A stretch of DNA of 64,000 nt from Lama guanicoe (Eukaryota). Location of the stretch: NCBI GenBank assembly GCA_013239625.1, contig MU053271.1:26112-90111 (forward strand). Reading direction: 5' to 3'. The position numbers were made by a program, and so were the translations under genes. Of the stretch, positions 25,850-39,440 are shown piece by piece. Below the pieces are notes generated by a model. That model was not told where the DNA came from. It made no database searches and was given only the letters and a program-made list of their open reading frames with translations. The first letter of the stretch is position 1. Each line of letters opens with the position of its first letter.

Positions 25850-26772
25850 CGCTGCCAGGGGAGACTCCTTACAGAATTCTAAGCCTCGCTCAGGAACTGC
25901 CCACAAAAAGCCTCCGTGCTCCCCTTCCACTTGGAGAGCCCAAGGCCACACTCCCGGGGCAGTCTGTCAGCCCCCTGGTCGCCGCGGACGTCACACAAGG
26001 CGTGAGTGGCTCCTCCAGCCTCCCCGCTGCGCCCCGCGCCCCTTTCGCGCAGCCCAGGCTCCCGGCGCCTTCCATCCATTCCCAAGAGTGGTTGTCTACC
26101 GGTCCCCGCTGGGCGGGGAGAGAGGATGCAGTTTGCTGCAGCCCCCACCCCCTCGCGGTACCTAGCCTGAGCAGGGCGCACAGCCCCTCGGCAGCCGGCG
26201 CCCCATCCCGGGTTTCCTCGGGTCCCCCAGCTCGTGGGGCCGAGCGGAGAAAGTCACCTCTCCGTGAAGCCCTGCTTGGTGCTCGCTCCCGCACCCCTGG
26301 GAGCCTCGTGAGCCAGGGCCCCGCGCAAGGCTGCCACGGGTGCCCCCGCCACCAGCAGCCCTAGCGGTGCCCCAGCTGTCCTTTTCTCCGCGCAGCCCTC
26401 GCCCCGCCTCCAAAACCCCAATGGCTCCCGCGTCCCCCACCGGGTCCTAGCGCGGCTTTGGGCCGGCAGCTGGCACCTTCCTCAGTGTAGACATTCTTGG
26501 GCTCTCCAGTTCAGCAGGTGCCCGTGGACATGGCCTGACCGCACGTCAGCCAGCCCGCCCAGGGATCCTCGCCGCTGCCGCCGCTCTGACCCGCTGGAGC
26601 TCCTTGCATGATCGAGCTTTATGGATGGCGCCTGCGCACTGGGCGCCCAGGAGGCGCCACGCATGGCACACAGATGGGAAGGCCAGCAGGAGACATCTGC
26701 AGAGGGGCGGGGCTCGCACCTGGGGGAGCACCAGGCTTCAGATCCTTTACCCTGGCACGCGCATTCACGGGC
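25850..26772 (-). promoter_or_regulatory. CpG island with candidate minus-strand promoter and first exon
   Basis: High GC and CpG density; GC box ggggcgggg 26704-26712; NRF1-like gcgcctgcgca 26628-26638; gccATG at 26531(-); donor-like GAAG|gtgcc after 26477. Source gene not recognised. Confidence 0.6.
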
Positions 26773-27720
26773 ATAGGCAGTATACTCCCACACATAAGTC
26801 CTGGCAATATATTTTTGAACCAGCTCCTGGAGTAATTGAAATAAAAGCAAAAATAAATAAATGGGATCTAATTAAACTTAAAAAACTTTTTTGCACAGAT
26901 AAGGATACCACCAACAAAATGAAAAAACCACCTACAGAATGGGAGAAAATACTTGCAAATGATGCGACCAAAAAGGGACTAATTTCCAAAATATAGAAAC
27001 AGCTCACACCTCTTAATATCAAAAAAAAGCAACTCAATCTAAAAACGGGGACAAGACCTAAACAAGCAATTCACCAATGAACACATACAAATGACCAATA
27101 GATACATGAATTGGCTCAACATCACTAATGGTCAGAGAAATGTAGATCAAAACTACAACGAGATATCACCTCACACCAGCCAGAATGGCCATCTTTATAA
27201 TGTCTACAAATGATAGATGCTGGAGAGGGTGCAGAAAAAAGGAAAACCTCTACACTGTTGGTTGGTTTGTAGACTGGTGCAGCCACTATGGAGGACAATA
27301 TGGAGGTTCCATGTGATCCAGCAATTCCACTCATGTGCATATACCCAGAGAAAATAAAATTCAAAAACATATGCACCCCAATGTTCACAGCAGCACTACT
27401 TACAATAGCCAAGATGTGGAAACAACCCAAATGTCCATCAACAGATGACTGGATAAAGAAGTTGTGAGACTATATACATACATATATATATATATACACA
27501 CACATACACACACATATACATATAAATACATACATACACACACAAAATGGAATACTACTCAGCCATTAAAAAGAATAAAGTAATGCCATTTGAAGCAACA
27601 TGGATGGACATGGAGATCATCATTCTAACTGAGGTAGGCCAGAAAGAGAAAGAAAAATGCCATATATCACTTATATGTGAAATCTAAAAAATAAAAAAAG
27701 GGGGGGACACAAGTGAACTA
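26773..27720 (+). mobile_element. L1 ORF2 3' end and part of 3'UTR with (TA/CA)n tract
   Basis: IEIKAKINKWDLIKLK, agatatcacctcacaccag, aaatgtccatcaacagatgactgg. Confidence 0.9.
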
Positions 27721-27990
27721 CTTATTATTTATAACTTTAATGACTGACTTCTTAAATATGTGTAAGCATATTTGGCTGTCCTTTATGATCAGATTACTGC
27801 ATTTTATTGATTCTTATTTTCTGGTTGGCTTTATTCCTTTGATAACTAAGTTTAAAAAGCTAAAGCTCTAATCTGTTCTTAGAACAATCAATACATATAC
27901 ATAAACTAACAAAATATGTGCAGTATATTGTATATATGTATTTACATGCAATATATTGTCAATTCTACCTAATAAAACTGAAAAAAAGAT

Positions 27991-28121
27991 CTTTTTTGTT
28001 TGTTTGTTTTTTTGGGAGGGGGAGGTAATTAGATTTATCTGTTTTACTTTAATGGAGGTATTGGGGATTGAACCCAGGACCTCATGCATGCTAATAAGCA
28101 TGTGCTCTACCACTGAGCATA
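27991..28121 (-). mobile_element. tRNA-derived camelid SINE (Vic-1-like)
   Basis: Reverse complement of the 20118 element: T-rich tail, ggtaattag, ggggattgaacccagg, tgctctaccactgagc. Confidence 0.9.
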
Positions 28122-29049
28122 GAACTGAATTTCTGAGAACAGTAAAACTAGGGAGGCACGCCTGATAACAGCCTGAACTTAGTGCCAGGAGGCAGTTTCC
28201 AAGCCACAGCACAGAGAAGGGGAAACTCAGAGGACAGCAGTCACAGAGTTGAGGGGTAGAGATCAACATTCACGGAGGCCAAGACAGCTAGATTTGGCAG
28301 TGCCGCACCCCTGGGAGGAGGGGGCAGCACAGAGGTCCCCTAGAGTCAGGCTGAATTCTGATCCGTGTTAAGAGGAGACTATCTAAATTTTGGGAAAGCA
28401 ACAAGTTTATACTATACAGCAGAGAACTTTATTCAGTATCTTGTAGTAACTTAGGGTGAAAAAATATAAAAACAAATACATGTATGTTCCTATACGACTG
28501 AAGCATTGTGCTGTACACCAGAAATTGGCACAACACTGTAAACTGACTATACTTTAATAAAAATATATTTAAAAAAATAAAGCTGGGGAGACAAGCACCA
28601 GAGAACAGTTGGTCTAAGAAGCCCAGAGCTCACACAGGGCCAGGACGAGTTCATGGCTCCACCACCAAGAGTGGAAATGATTCCTAACACACACGGCAGC
28701 AGACACAATCCTCAGAAGATCACCACCTTAATAATGGAGCTAAATCATCTCTAAACTAACAGCTGTCCTAGACCCACCCTAACAAAGCCTAAAAACTAGC
28801 TACAAAATGATACAACTAAGTCCCAGTAACTTAACTGCATGCCAGAACAAAGTCCAGCACTATTTGAAGGAGTACAACAAAATCTGGCACCCAACAATGT
28901 ATGTCTGATATCCAAGCAAAAATCATCAGGCAGGCAAAGGAAGAAGAAATTATGACCCATAACCAGCAGAAAAAGCAATCAACAGAAACAGACTCAGACA
29001 AGAGATAACGGAATTAGCAGACAAGAGCATTAAACAATATTATACTGGT

Positions 29050-29650
29050 ATAGCTTCTTGCGGAAAAGTTTGGCGATTCCTTAAAAGGTTAAACATAGGG
29101 TTATCATACGACCCAGCAACTCCACTCCTAGGTACATACCCAAGAGAAATGAAAAGTTATGTCCACACAAAGGCCTGTACACAAGTGTTCACAGCAGCAT
29201 CATTCGTAACAGCCAAAAAGGAGAAACAATCCAAATGTCCACCAACTGACAAAATGAGTAAAATGTAGTATATCATACAGTGGAGTATTATTCAGCAATA
29301 AAAAGGGATGAAGTACTGAGCATGCTACAGTGTGGATGAACCTTGAAACCACTATGCTAAGTGGGGGAAAAAAAGTAGTCACAAAAGAGCACATATGATC
29401 CATTTACATGAGGTGTCCGGAGGAATCAAATCTATAGACAGAAAGATGATTAGTGGTTGCCTGGGCTGGAGAGGAGGACAGAATGGGGAGTGACTGCTAA
29501 TGGGGACAGAGTTTCTCTGAGGGGTGATGAAAATAATCTAAAATTTAGATTGTGGGTGTGGCTGAACAACTCTGTTACTAAAAGACATTGACTTATACAC
29601 TTTAAGTGAGTAAATTATATACCTGTATGATCTCAACAAAGGTCTCAACA
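29050..29650 (+). mobile_element. Old L1 (L1MB-like) 3' end
   Basis: gacccagcaactccactcctaggtacatacccaagagaaatgaaa...gatgaaccttgaaacc...tagtggttgcc... Confidence 0.85.
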
Positions 29651-29659
29651 AAGCTATTA

Positions 29660-32600
29660 TGAAGTTATTATAAATATATTTCATGTAGTAAGAAGGTAAA
29701 GCAAAAGGAAGCAGAGAAATGGTAGATACAAAGTAAACAAATCCAGCTGCACTTCTAGCAAAGGAAAGTACAAGTTTGGAAATAAAAAATACACAGGTTA
29801 ATAGCAGAATAGACATTGCAGAAGATCAGGAAATTTTAAGAAACAACAATAAAAACTGTCCAATATGAAGCACAGAGAGACCAAGAAAGACTGAAACATA
29901 AATTAACAAAGTATCAGCGACTGGTGGGACAATATTCAGTTGAATAACACACATGTCATTGGGGTCAAAAATAGGAGAGAGGGAGAGGACAGGAGAAATA
30001 ATGTTTAAGTAATGACTAAATTTTTTCAAGATGATAAAAACCATAATCCCACAGATTCAAGAAAACTTAACAAATCCTAAGCAGAATAAATATAAAGAAA
30101 AACCACATGAAGGTACATCACATCAAAATTAGTGATAAATGAATTTAAAAGTCAGAGAAAAAAAACACACTAAAAAGAACACTGACAGAATGAGAGCAAA
30201 CTGCTTTTCAGAAACGATGTACGACAGGAGACAATGGAGGGGCGTCCTTAACACGAGAGGGGAAGGCTAGCATCCTAGAACTCCACTCCAAGTACAAGTG
30301 AAGGTGATGCAATACCACACAAACACAAACTTAGAGGATTCACTGCCAGCAGGGCTGCACTGTGAGACATGTCAAAAGAAAGTTCATCAAGTGAAAAGAC
30401 AATGACACCATCTAGAGGGAATTTAAAGGAATCGCTGAGCTGGAAATTATTGATACTGGAGTAAATATAAAGATCTTTTCTCACTTTTAGTATTTTTAAA
30501 AGATAATGGTGATTTAAAGCACACTAACAATAACGTATTGTGGGGGAACATACATATGAAGAAGTAAAGGAGGACTAAATATGGAGGGAGAAATGGAAGT
30601 TTATTGTTTCAAGGACCATACACTCTATGTAAACTGGTGTATTATCTAAAGATCGGCTATAATCAGTTAACGATGTGCAAAGTCTAGAGCAACCATTGTA
30701 AAACAACAGAGGCAGAGCTCATAAGCCAGGAGTGCAGATAAAAGGGGTTCATTTAAACAACAATAAAAACTTAACTCAAAAGAGGGCAGGTAAGAGGGGA
30801 AAGGACACAAAGAACACACAGGACAAACAGAAAACTAGTCACACTAAGGGTAGCCTGAAAAACGAACAAATCATAATTACATTAAATGAAATGGTCTTTT
30901 ACAAAACAATCTCCACAAATAAAAGGCAGAGATGGGCAGACTGGATCAAACAGCAGCAACAACAACAAAAACAAGACCGAACACTCCATGCTGTCTACAC
31001 ACATACAGACACAGATTCCACAGAGACAGAGACAGGTTAAAAGTACAAGGAAGGAAAAAAGACATCCCACAAAAACACTAATCAAAAGAAAGCTGGGATA
31101 ACTACATTAATATCAGCTCAAAAAACACTGAGGATGGAGAGAGACATTCCATACTAACAAAGGACTTAAGGGACCAAGAGGACAGGACAACCTTAAATGT
31201 CTGTTAGTAGTGAACTTCAAAATACAGGAAGCAAAAACAGAACAGAAGAGACATCCACAATTACAGCTGGACAGCTAAACATTTGTTTCACAATAATTGA
31301 CAGAACAAGAGGTCACAAAATGAAGCTGACCACCTTGATCTAACGATCATTTATGGAATACACTACCCCAAACCAGCATATAAACATTCTTTTCACATAC
31401 ACTTAAAACATTCACCACAACAGATCATGTTCTAGGCCATAAAACAACTCAATAAATTTGAAGAGAACTGAAATCATACCAAGTCGTTTCTCTGACCACA
31501 AAAAGATTAAGTTAAGACAATAACTGATAAGTCCTCCAAATACTTGGAAACTAAATAATTCACTTCTAAATAAACTCTGAAGGTCAAAGAAGAAATCACA
31601 AGATAAAATAAAAAGGGATTTTCAACGGAATGTTAAAAAAAAAACAGCGTTATATGTAGCTAAAACAGTTGTCTGCAGGAAATTTATTCTTTTTTAATGT
31701 TTATATTAGGAAAGAAGAAAAGTCTCAAATAAATGACCGAAGCTTTCATCTTAAGTTATCAGGAGAGGAGCAAATTAAACCCACAATAATCAGAAAGAAA
31801 TGATAGAGTAGAAATTATGGAACTAAAAACATAAAAGCAATAGGGAAAAGTCAGTGATACCAAACATTAATTTTTTAAGGAATCAATGACATCATATGTC
31901 TCTAGCCAGACTAATAAAGAAAAAAAGAAATGACAAATTATCAACATTAGGAATAAAAACAAAAACACTACAGATCATACATGTATTAAAAAGAGAATAA
32001 TAAAACACATTTATGCTCACAAACTTTTGACAACTTAGAGGAAATGGAAAAATTTCTGGAAACACCCAAAATACCAAAACTCACTCAAGAAAAAATAAAA
32101 AAGCCAGTAACAAACAGCACTCTGTCTATCAAATGAATTAAATAAGTAGTTAAAAGCTTCTCAAAGAAAACTCCAGGCTCTGAATTCACTGCTGAATTTC
32201 ACCAAATCTCTGAGAAAGAATACAAATCCTACCAAAAAGCAGAAAAGGGAACACTTTCCAATTCATTTTAAGAGACAACCACTCTTCTAATACCAAAATC
32301 AGACAAAGATTTTACCTTAAGAATGCAAGGTTGTAAGTTTAACACTGAAAATCAATCAATGCATTTCATATTAAAAGAAAAACCATAGGATCCTACCAAT
32401 AAATGTGGAAAAAGCATGAGGTAAAATTCAGTATCTAATCATGACTTTAAAAAAGAAAAAAAAATTTAACAAACTAGGATTAAAAGGAATTTCCTCTGCG
32501 TAATAAAGGGCACACATGAAAAACTTACACCTAACTTCATACTTAACAGTGAAAGAGTGAATGTTTGCCCTTAACACTGAGAATACAGCAAGGACTTCCC

Positions 32601-32682
32601 ACTACTTCTATTCAAAATGGACTAGAGATCCTGGCCAGTGAAAAAAAGCAAAAAAAAAGTAAGTAAATAAGTAAGTAAATAA

Positions 32683-32721
<39 letters not shown>

Positions 32722-33230
32722 TAATCATATACATGAATAAAAGGAAGATATAAAACTTTCTTCATTCACAGATATGATCAAAATAGAAAATCTAAGAAAT
32801 CTACAAAAAATGGTATTAGAATGAATATGCGAATTTAGCAAAGCTGCAAGAAGGTCTGTATAAAAATCAACTATACTCCTATGTGTCAGACATGAACAGT
32901 TGGAAGCTATAATTTTGAAAATATCATTTACAATGGTATGAAAATATTAACTACTCAGGAATAAATTCTACAGATACATGTGAAAGAGCTCTACTCTGAA
33001 ACGTATAAAATAATGCTGGAAGAAATTAAAGAAGACTAGACCTAGAATAGTTCAAACAATTTTGGAAAAAAAATGTTTGATTTAAAACTTACAAAAAAGC
33101 AAAAGTAATAAACACAGTATGGTATTGGTAAAAAAAAAAAAAGATATGTCCATCAATGTAACAGGAAAAAATGTCCAGAGATAAGCTATGTCAAGATAGA
33201 TCAATGAATAAATTAACATACTAAAGTTTC
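29660..33230 (+). mobile_element. Old, heavily degenerate L1 body (ORF1 through ORF2)
   Basis: A-rich; recognisable remnants of ORF1, endonuclease and RT regions in order with many deletions. Confidence 0.75.
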
Positions 33231-33504
33231 TAGGTGAATGAATTGTGGACATCCCCCTCAATGAGCATGTGCATTCCCACCCACCATGTTTTCCTAGGAA
33301 CAACCCCAGGCTCCTGTCTTGCTTCTAAGCCCTCACTGAAACAAAACCTTTTGGAACGGATGTGAGGATTCACACTTCATTTTTGGGCAAAGGCTCAAGA
33401 CAGTAATGTCTAAAAATAATCTACTTGCTCAGTTTAATAACTATAAACCATTGCTTTACTGAATGTGAATTACGCTAGGCCAATCTGAAAAACATTAAAG
33501 AACT

Positions 33505-35788
33505 AAGCTCCTAAAACCAATACCACAGAAATACAAAATATCATAACAGAATACTGTGAACAACTATATGGAAACAAACTGGACAACCTAAAAGAAATGG
33601 ACAAGTTTCTTAAAACATAATCAAGACTGAATAAGAAGAAACAGACCACTTGAATAGACCAATCACTAGAAATGAAAGAGAATTAGCAGTAATTAGCAAT
33701 TAGCAAAAACCTCCCTGCAAACAAAAGCCCAAGACCAGATGGCTTCACTCAGAAATTCTATGAAACATACAAAGAACTTACACCCATCCTTCTCTAACTC
33801 TAAAAAGACTGAAAAGGAATGAGTACTCCTAAACTCATTCTATGAAGCCACCATTACCCTGATACCAAAATCAGAGACACTACCAAAAACTAAAATTACA
33901 GGCCAATATCACTGATGAACATACATGTAAAAATCCTCAACAAAATATTAGCAAACAGAATCCAACAACACATAAATCATACACCGTGATCAAGCTGCAT
34001 TCATCCCCAGGGACACAAGGATTGTTCAAAATACACAAATCAATCAATGTGACATACCACAGCCACAAAATAAAGGACAAAAACCACATAGTTATCTCAA
34101 CACTATGACAAAAAAGCATGACAAAATTCAGCCATTTATGATAAAAACTCATAACAAAGTGGGCATACAGAGAACATATTTCAACATAATAAAAGCTATT
34201 TATGAGAAACCTATAGTCAGCACAATACTCAACAGTGAAAAACTGAAAACTATTCCACTAAAATCTGTAACAAGATAAGAGGCCCACTTTAACCACTTCT
34301 ATTCAACATGGTCCTGGAAGTCCTAGCCACAGCAATCAGGCAAGAAAAAGAAATGAAAGAGATCCAAACTGGAAGAGATGAGGTATAACTGTCATTACAT
34401 GTGGATGACATACTGTATATACAGAACCATGAAACCACCACACACACACACACAAAATCTAGATATATTAAAGAATTTAGCAAGGCAGCAACACACAAGA
34501 TTAACATACACAAATTAGTTACATTTCTTTACAATAACAATGAATCAACAAGAAAAGAAAGTAAAGAAACATTGCCTTTTAAAATTGCTTCCAAAAAATA
34601 CAATACGGAATAAATGTAACCAAAGATGTGAAAGATGTATATGTGGAAAACTACAAAACACTGACTAAGGAAATTAAAGATGACTTAGAGAAATGGAAAG
34701 ATACCCTATGACCTTGTATTAGAAGAATTAATATTGTTAAAATGGCCATACCTGCCCAGGGCAATCTATAGACTGAATGCACATCCCTATCAAATCGCCC
34801 AGGACAATTTTCACAGAACTAGAACAAATCATCCTAAAATTTATATGGAATCACAAAAGACCCAGAATTACCAAAGCATTACTCAAGAAAAAGAACAAAG
34901 CTGGAGGAATATCCCTCCCAGACTTCAGGCAGTACTACAGACCTACAATCTAAACAGCACGATATTGGTACAAAAACAGACATACGGATCAATAGAACAG
35001 AAATGAGAGCTCAGAAACAAATCCACAAACTTTTGGTCAATCAATATTTGACAAAGGAGGCAAGAACATACAATGGAGGGAACAGCCTCTTCAGCAAATG
35101 CTGTCGGGAAAACTGGGCAGCTGCATGGAAATCAATGAAGTTAGATGACTCCCTCACACCGTACACAAAAATAAATTCAAAATGGCTTAAAGACTTAAAC
35201 AGAAGACTAGAATCTACAAACCTCTTAGAAGAAAACATAGACAAAACATTATCTCACATAAATCTCAGTAACGTTCTCCTAGGGCAGTCTACCCCAGCAA
35301 CAGAAAGAAAAGCACAAGTAAACAAACAAATGGGACCTAACTGAACTCACAAGCTTCCGCACAGCAAAGGAAACCGCAAGCAAAACAAAAAGACAACCGA
35401 CTGAATGGGAGAAAATACTCGCAAATGATTCGACTGACAGAGGCTTCATTTCCAGACTACATAATCAGCTCATACAACTTAATAACCAAAAAACAAACAA
35501 CCCAATCCAAAAATGGGCAGAAGACCTGAACACGCATTTCTCCAATGAAGACATACAAATGGCCAACAGGCATATGAAGAAATGCTCAGTATCTCTCATT
35601 ATCAGATAAGTGCAAATCAAAACTACACACAAGTCAGAAAGGCCATCATTCAACAAAAGCCCACGAAGGAGAAATGCTGGAAAGGCTGTGGAGAAAAGGG
35701 GACCGTCCTACACTGTTGGTGACAATGTAGTTTGGCGCAGCCACTGTGAAAAACAGTTTGGAGATTCTTCCAAAGACTGAAACTAGAT
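33505..35788 (+). mobile_element. L1 ORF2 fragment lacking the 3'UTR, fused to GC-rich module copy 1
   Basis: [25 protein letters not shown] remnants, DD motif at ~34405, ends at ggagattcttccaaagactgaaactaga with no poly(A). Confidence 0.9.
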
Positions 35789-37405
35789 TTGCCAAAACAT
35801 TTTAATCTTGGGGGCAGGCCAATGAGTTCCCAAAAGCCCGGGCCTCATCTGTTACTCCAACCTGGAGGGTCCAGGGAGGGCTACAGTTGCCAGGCAGGTG
35901 CACCTAAGCAGGAAGGCCATGGCCTGAGGGCCAGTCGGAGGTGCTCCAAGGCCAGTCGGGCGCCCTCCCACCTCCTGGGGCTGCTCCCACTTTCCCAAAC
36001 CCACGTGTGAGCGGCGATGAAGACACCGGGGTTCAGTAACTACTAATGGCGGGGGCGATCCACCATAAACCAGGGCGGGGCCCTGGACCCCCCTCAGGGT
36101 CCTAACAGGCCACGTGGCCCGGGCCTCACCTACGCAGCCCTCCGTACCTGTGCGCCTTCCCAACGCAGCCCAGGCCTCAACCACCGGCTCCCCGATCTGC
36201 GCGCCCCCTTTACCTGCCAGGCGACAGCAGCACAGGCGAAGGCACGCGGTGGCCCAGACCCCAGGCCGTGTTCCTCCTCTGGGAGCTGGGCCAGGAGCAC
36301 TCGGCTCCGGCCCAGCTTCCACACGCTCTGAGCGCGGTCCCGCGTCTTCGCGCTAGCGCCTCCGCGTGCGCGCCCCTCCCCCTGCCGCTGGCAGCACTGA
36401 TGCTCGGGCTGGGGCTCCCGCACTATGGGACACTGCGAGCGGGGCCAAGAGGAGCCAAGCCCGGCCATGCGAGGCCAGGCCGTGGGGTGGTGGGGCTGGC
36501 CCACCCCGTGGCCCAGGACTGGCCAGCTGGGTTCCCAACCCCAATGCCCCCACCCAGACACCAACAGGGTCCCAGCACCCATCACAACCACCACAGGCCC
36601 CGGGCCAGGCCGCACGCCACAGTCCCATTCCCTCCACTGGCCGCCACACAACCCCCTCACCCCCCCGTCACGGCCCCCGCACCCCACCCCGGCCAGGCCT
36701 GATTCCTGACCTGATCCCCAAGACAGGGCTCCTTCTCCTCATACTGAGGTCCCCCCCAACACTATGCCCTACTAGGTTCTAAGCTACAGCCCCTGCAAAC
36801 AAGCTGACCCCTCATGCCTCACCCCGGGTCCCCTCACCCCTCACCCCAGGATTACCCCCACCCCTCAACCGGGTCCCCCTACTCCGAGCGCCCCTCACCC
36901 CAGGACGGCCTCCTCACGCTTCAGCCAGGTGACTTCCACTCTGACTGGACCCTCACTCCTCAACCTGGCCCCCCTCACCACGGGATCCCCTCTCACAACG
37001 ACTGCACCCCTAACCCAAGCTGACTCCTCTCACTCCTCACCCTACCGGGGGTGGGGCAGTCTGTGCTCAGGTCATCATAGTCACAGCCACCAGACAGGGA
37101 TCCCAAGCAGCGCGGGGACACACGGCCCAGTGTCTGAGGCTCCTCCGGGGCGCCACGGGTGGGGCTGGAGGCTGTGCCAGTTCCTACCAGAGCGCCCTGC
37201 ACCCCCCAGCACCTCTGTGCCCAGGGCCTCATCTGAGCAAGGGGGTCAGGGTGGTCCCGGGCCGCAGGCCACTCGCCACTGGGCCTTGGGTGGGTGATAG
37301 CACACGTGGTGATCCGAACACCAAGGGCGGCAGGCCCTGGGCACAGGGACCTGCCAGGATGAGCATGCGGCCCCAGGGAGGGCAGCAGGCAGTGGTGGCA
37401 TCCAC
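35789..37405. repeat. GC-rich dispersed module, copy 1 (block A 35789-36420, block B 36420-37405)
   Basis: Collinear similarity to 58478-59020 and 63080-63710 (block A) and to 56996-57890 and 63710-64000 (block B), e.g. gcaggaaggccatg, cctcacct, ttcctcctc...ccaggagcactcggc, ctaagctacag...caagctgacccct. Confidence 0.92.
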
Positions 37406-38499
37406 GCGTGCCCATCCTCCTCTGGCTGGGATGGCAGATCCTAGACTTGGGTCTCCTGCAATCTGGGACACCCATAAAACTGGCTTCGAGATTCCTCCGT
37501 TTGATACAACTCCCTCCTAATGACCTCTCTAACCTGAACCAGATGGGGAAAACTTCACCCACATAATTCTGAATATGCTGACCTTGTCCACATAGTACAA
37601 AGTAGAGGTCTAGAAAATCTAATTTGAAGTCCTATTTTCCTTTCCTTAGAGTATGGCAGAGAAAATTCCTTAAACCTTCTGAGGTCACATACTTGTAGCT
37701 CTGCAAATCTGTAACATCTCCCTTCCCTGTCTTTTATTCTAAAATAGGTTTGTTCCCTGAGAACTTTCAGTGGCCTCCATTCTCCCAACTTTTTGAGGAT
37801 GGTCAGCTGGAAGTCCGGCTCCCTGCTTGCATTCTCTGTGTGGCTGGCAAAGTCATTCCTTCCCCTGTGGCCATCCCCACACAATGGCCTCCATCTTTCT
37901 ATTCATCAGAGTCACATGCTTTACAGCTTAAGGACAACTAACCACCTAAGACCAGAATTCAATCTCTTGTACCTGAAGACCCTGCTGCTTCCTCATTAAC
38001 ATTCATGCTGTGAGGGACCCCAAATGGATTTGCTTCCTGAAATTATCTTTTCTTTCAGACTAATGTTGATGAGAAAAAAGTCTTGTTTGCAAAATGGAAT
38101 CAGAGCTTCTATGTTGATGTTTTCATTTAGATTATTCTGCTCTTATTTCTTGCTTTCTGCTTAATTCAGTATTGGGGACAGTCTGAGGAAAATGTCTTCA
38201 GAAATAAACACTGACACAGTCACACCAAAACAGATCAGGAGACTTTCACCTGCTGGTGTGTTGTTTCATTCTGCAGAGCACCTGGGCAATTACTAGAATC
38301 AGGGAAGTGTGGCTTTGAAAATAACTGTTACAGCATTTTTCACTAAGCTATACAGCTTTTACCATATAAAGATGAAGTGTTTCAAATATGGACTCCAAGA
38401 ATTGTAAAGAGCATCAGCTCACCTCTGGCTGCAGAATATGACTTTCCCACTCTCTCTGTGATTCTTCTCCACAGGTCTTACAACACACACTTTCCAGAA

Positions 38500-39440
38500 T
38501 CTGCCCACATTTTGTCACCCACTTTTGCCCTAGTCTCAGCCTCATCTCCTGCCAGGACCTCTAAATAATCTCCTGAGTGGTCAGCTTCCCCTCTCACCTC
38601 CTCCCTACAGCCCATGCTTCATACAGCTGCTAAAGTGGTCTTCACAGGGTTTGGCCAACTTTTTCTCATAGGACCAGATAAACGGTATTTCAGGCTTTCA
38701 GGCCATATTATCTTTGTTACAACTACTCAACTCTGGTGTCATAGTAAGAAAGTATGAAATCAAGCATGAAACTAGCCACTCACTGAGCATAGCTCAAGGC
38801 ATGTGCACGGCTGTGCTCCAATAAATTTTATTAACACAAACTGAGGGTAAACCCACTGGGCAGAGTTTGCCAACCCCTATTTTAAAACTATCAGAACCTG
38901 TCACTGTTGCTGAGGCCCTCATTCGTCTTCCTGTTCTAGGCAGGATAAAATCTGCACTGCTGGTAAAGGCTTACCTCTCTTGACCTGCTTCTTCACAACC
39001 CTAACCAGGCACCCTCCCCACTGTGTCCCTAACAAGATCTAACTCCTCTAACCCTCCAGCTGTAACTTGCCATGCTGGGCTCTCTCTGTCTCCTGAGACC
39101 TGGTCCACTCCCATCAGCACTTGGCTGGGGTATTTTTGGTTTCATTTTTAATCAGTTGGGTTTTAATTCAAGCTCATTTCTGCTGAAAGCTTTTGACTCT
39201 CCTGTGGAAAATACTGTTCACCGTCCCTGTGGTAATGACTATTATCTCTTTTACAGACTCACTGTCTTCAGAGTCCTTCATTATTTCAAGTGATCTTATT
39301 TTGCGTATTTCTTTGTGTTATACCACTACAAAGAACATCAGCTCTGGGAAGGCATGGATTTTGCTTTCCTGATATCCAGAGGCATCCTTGAATCATAGTT
39401 GGTGCACAATTTATTGTTTGCTGAATGAATGAATGAATAG
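38500..39440 (+). mobile_element. L2 LINE 3' relic
   Basis: Pyrimidine-rich L2-like body ending in tgttt-gctgaatgaatgaatgaa tail; interrupted by MER58A. Confidence 0.65.
38645..38878. mobile_element. MER58A-like hAT-Charlie MITE
   Basis: Termini cagggtttggccaact...agtttgccaacccct; internal acaactactcaactct and ggctgtgctccaataaa. Confidence 0.85.
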
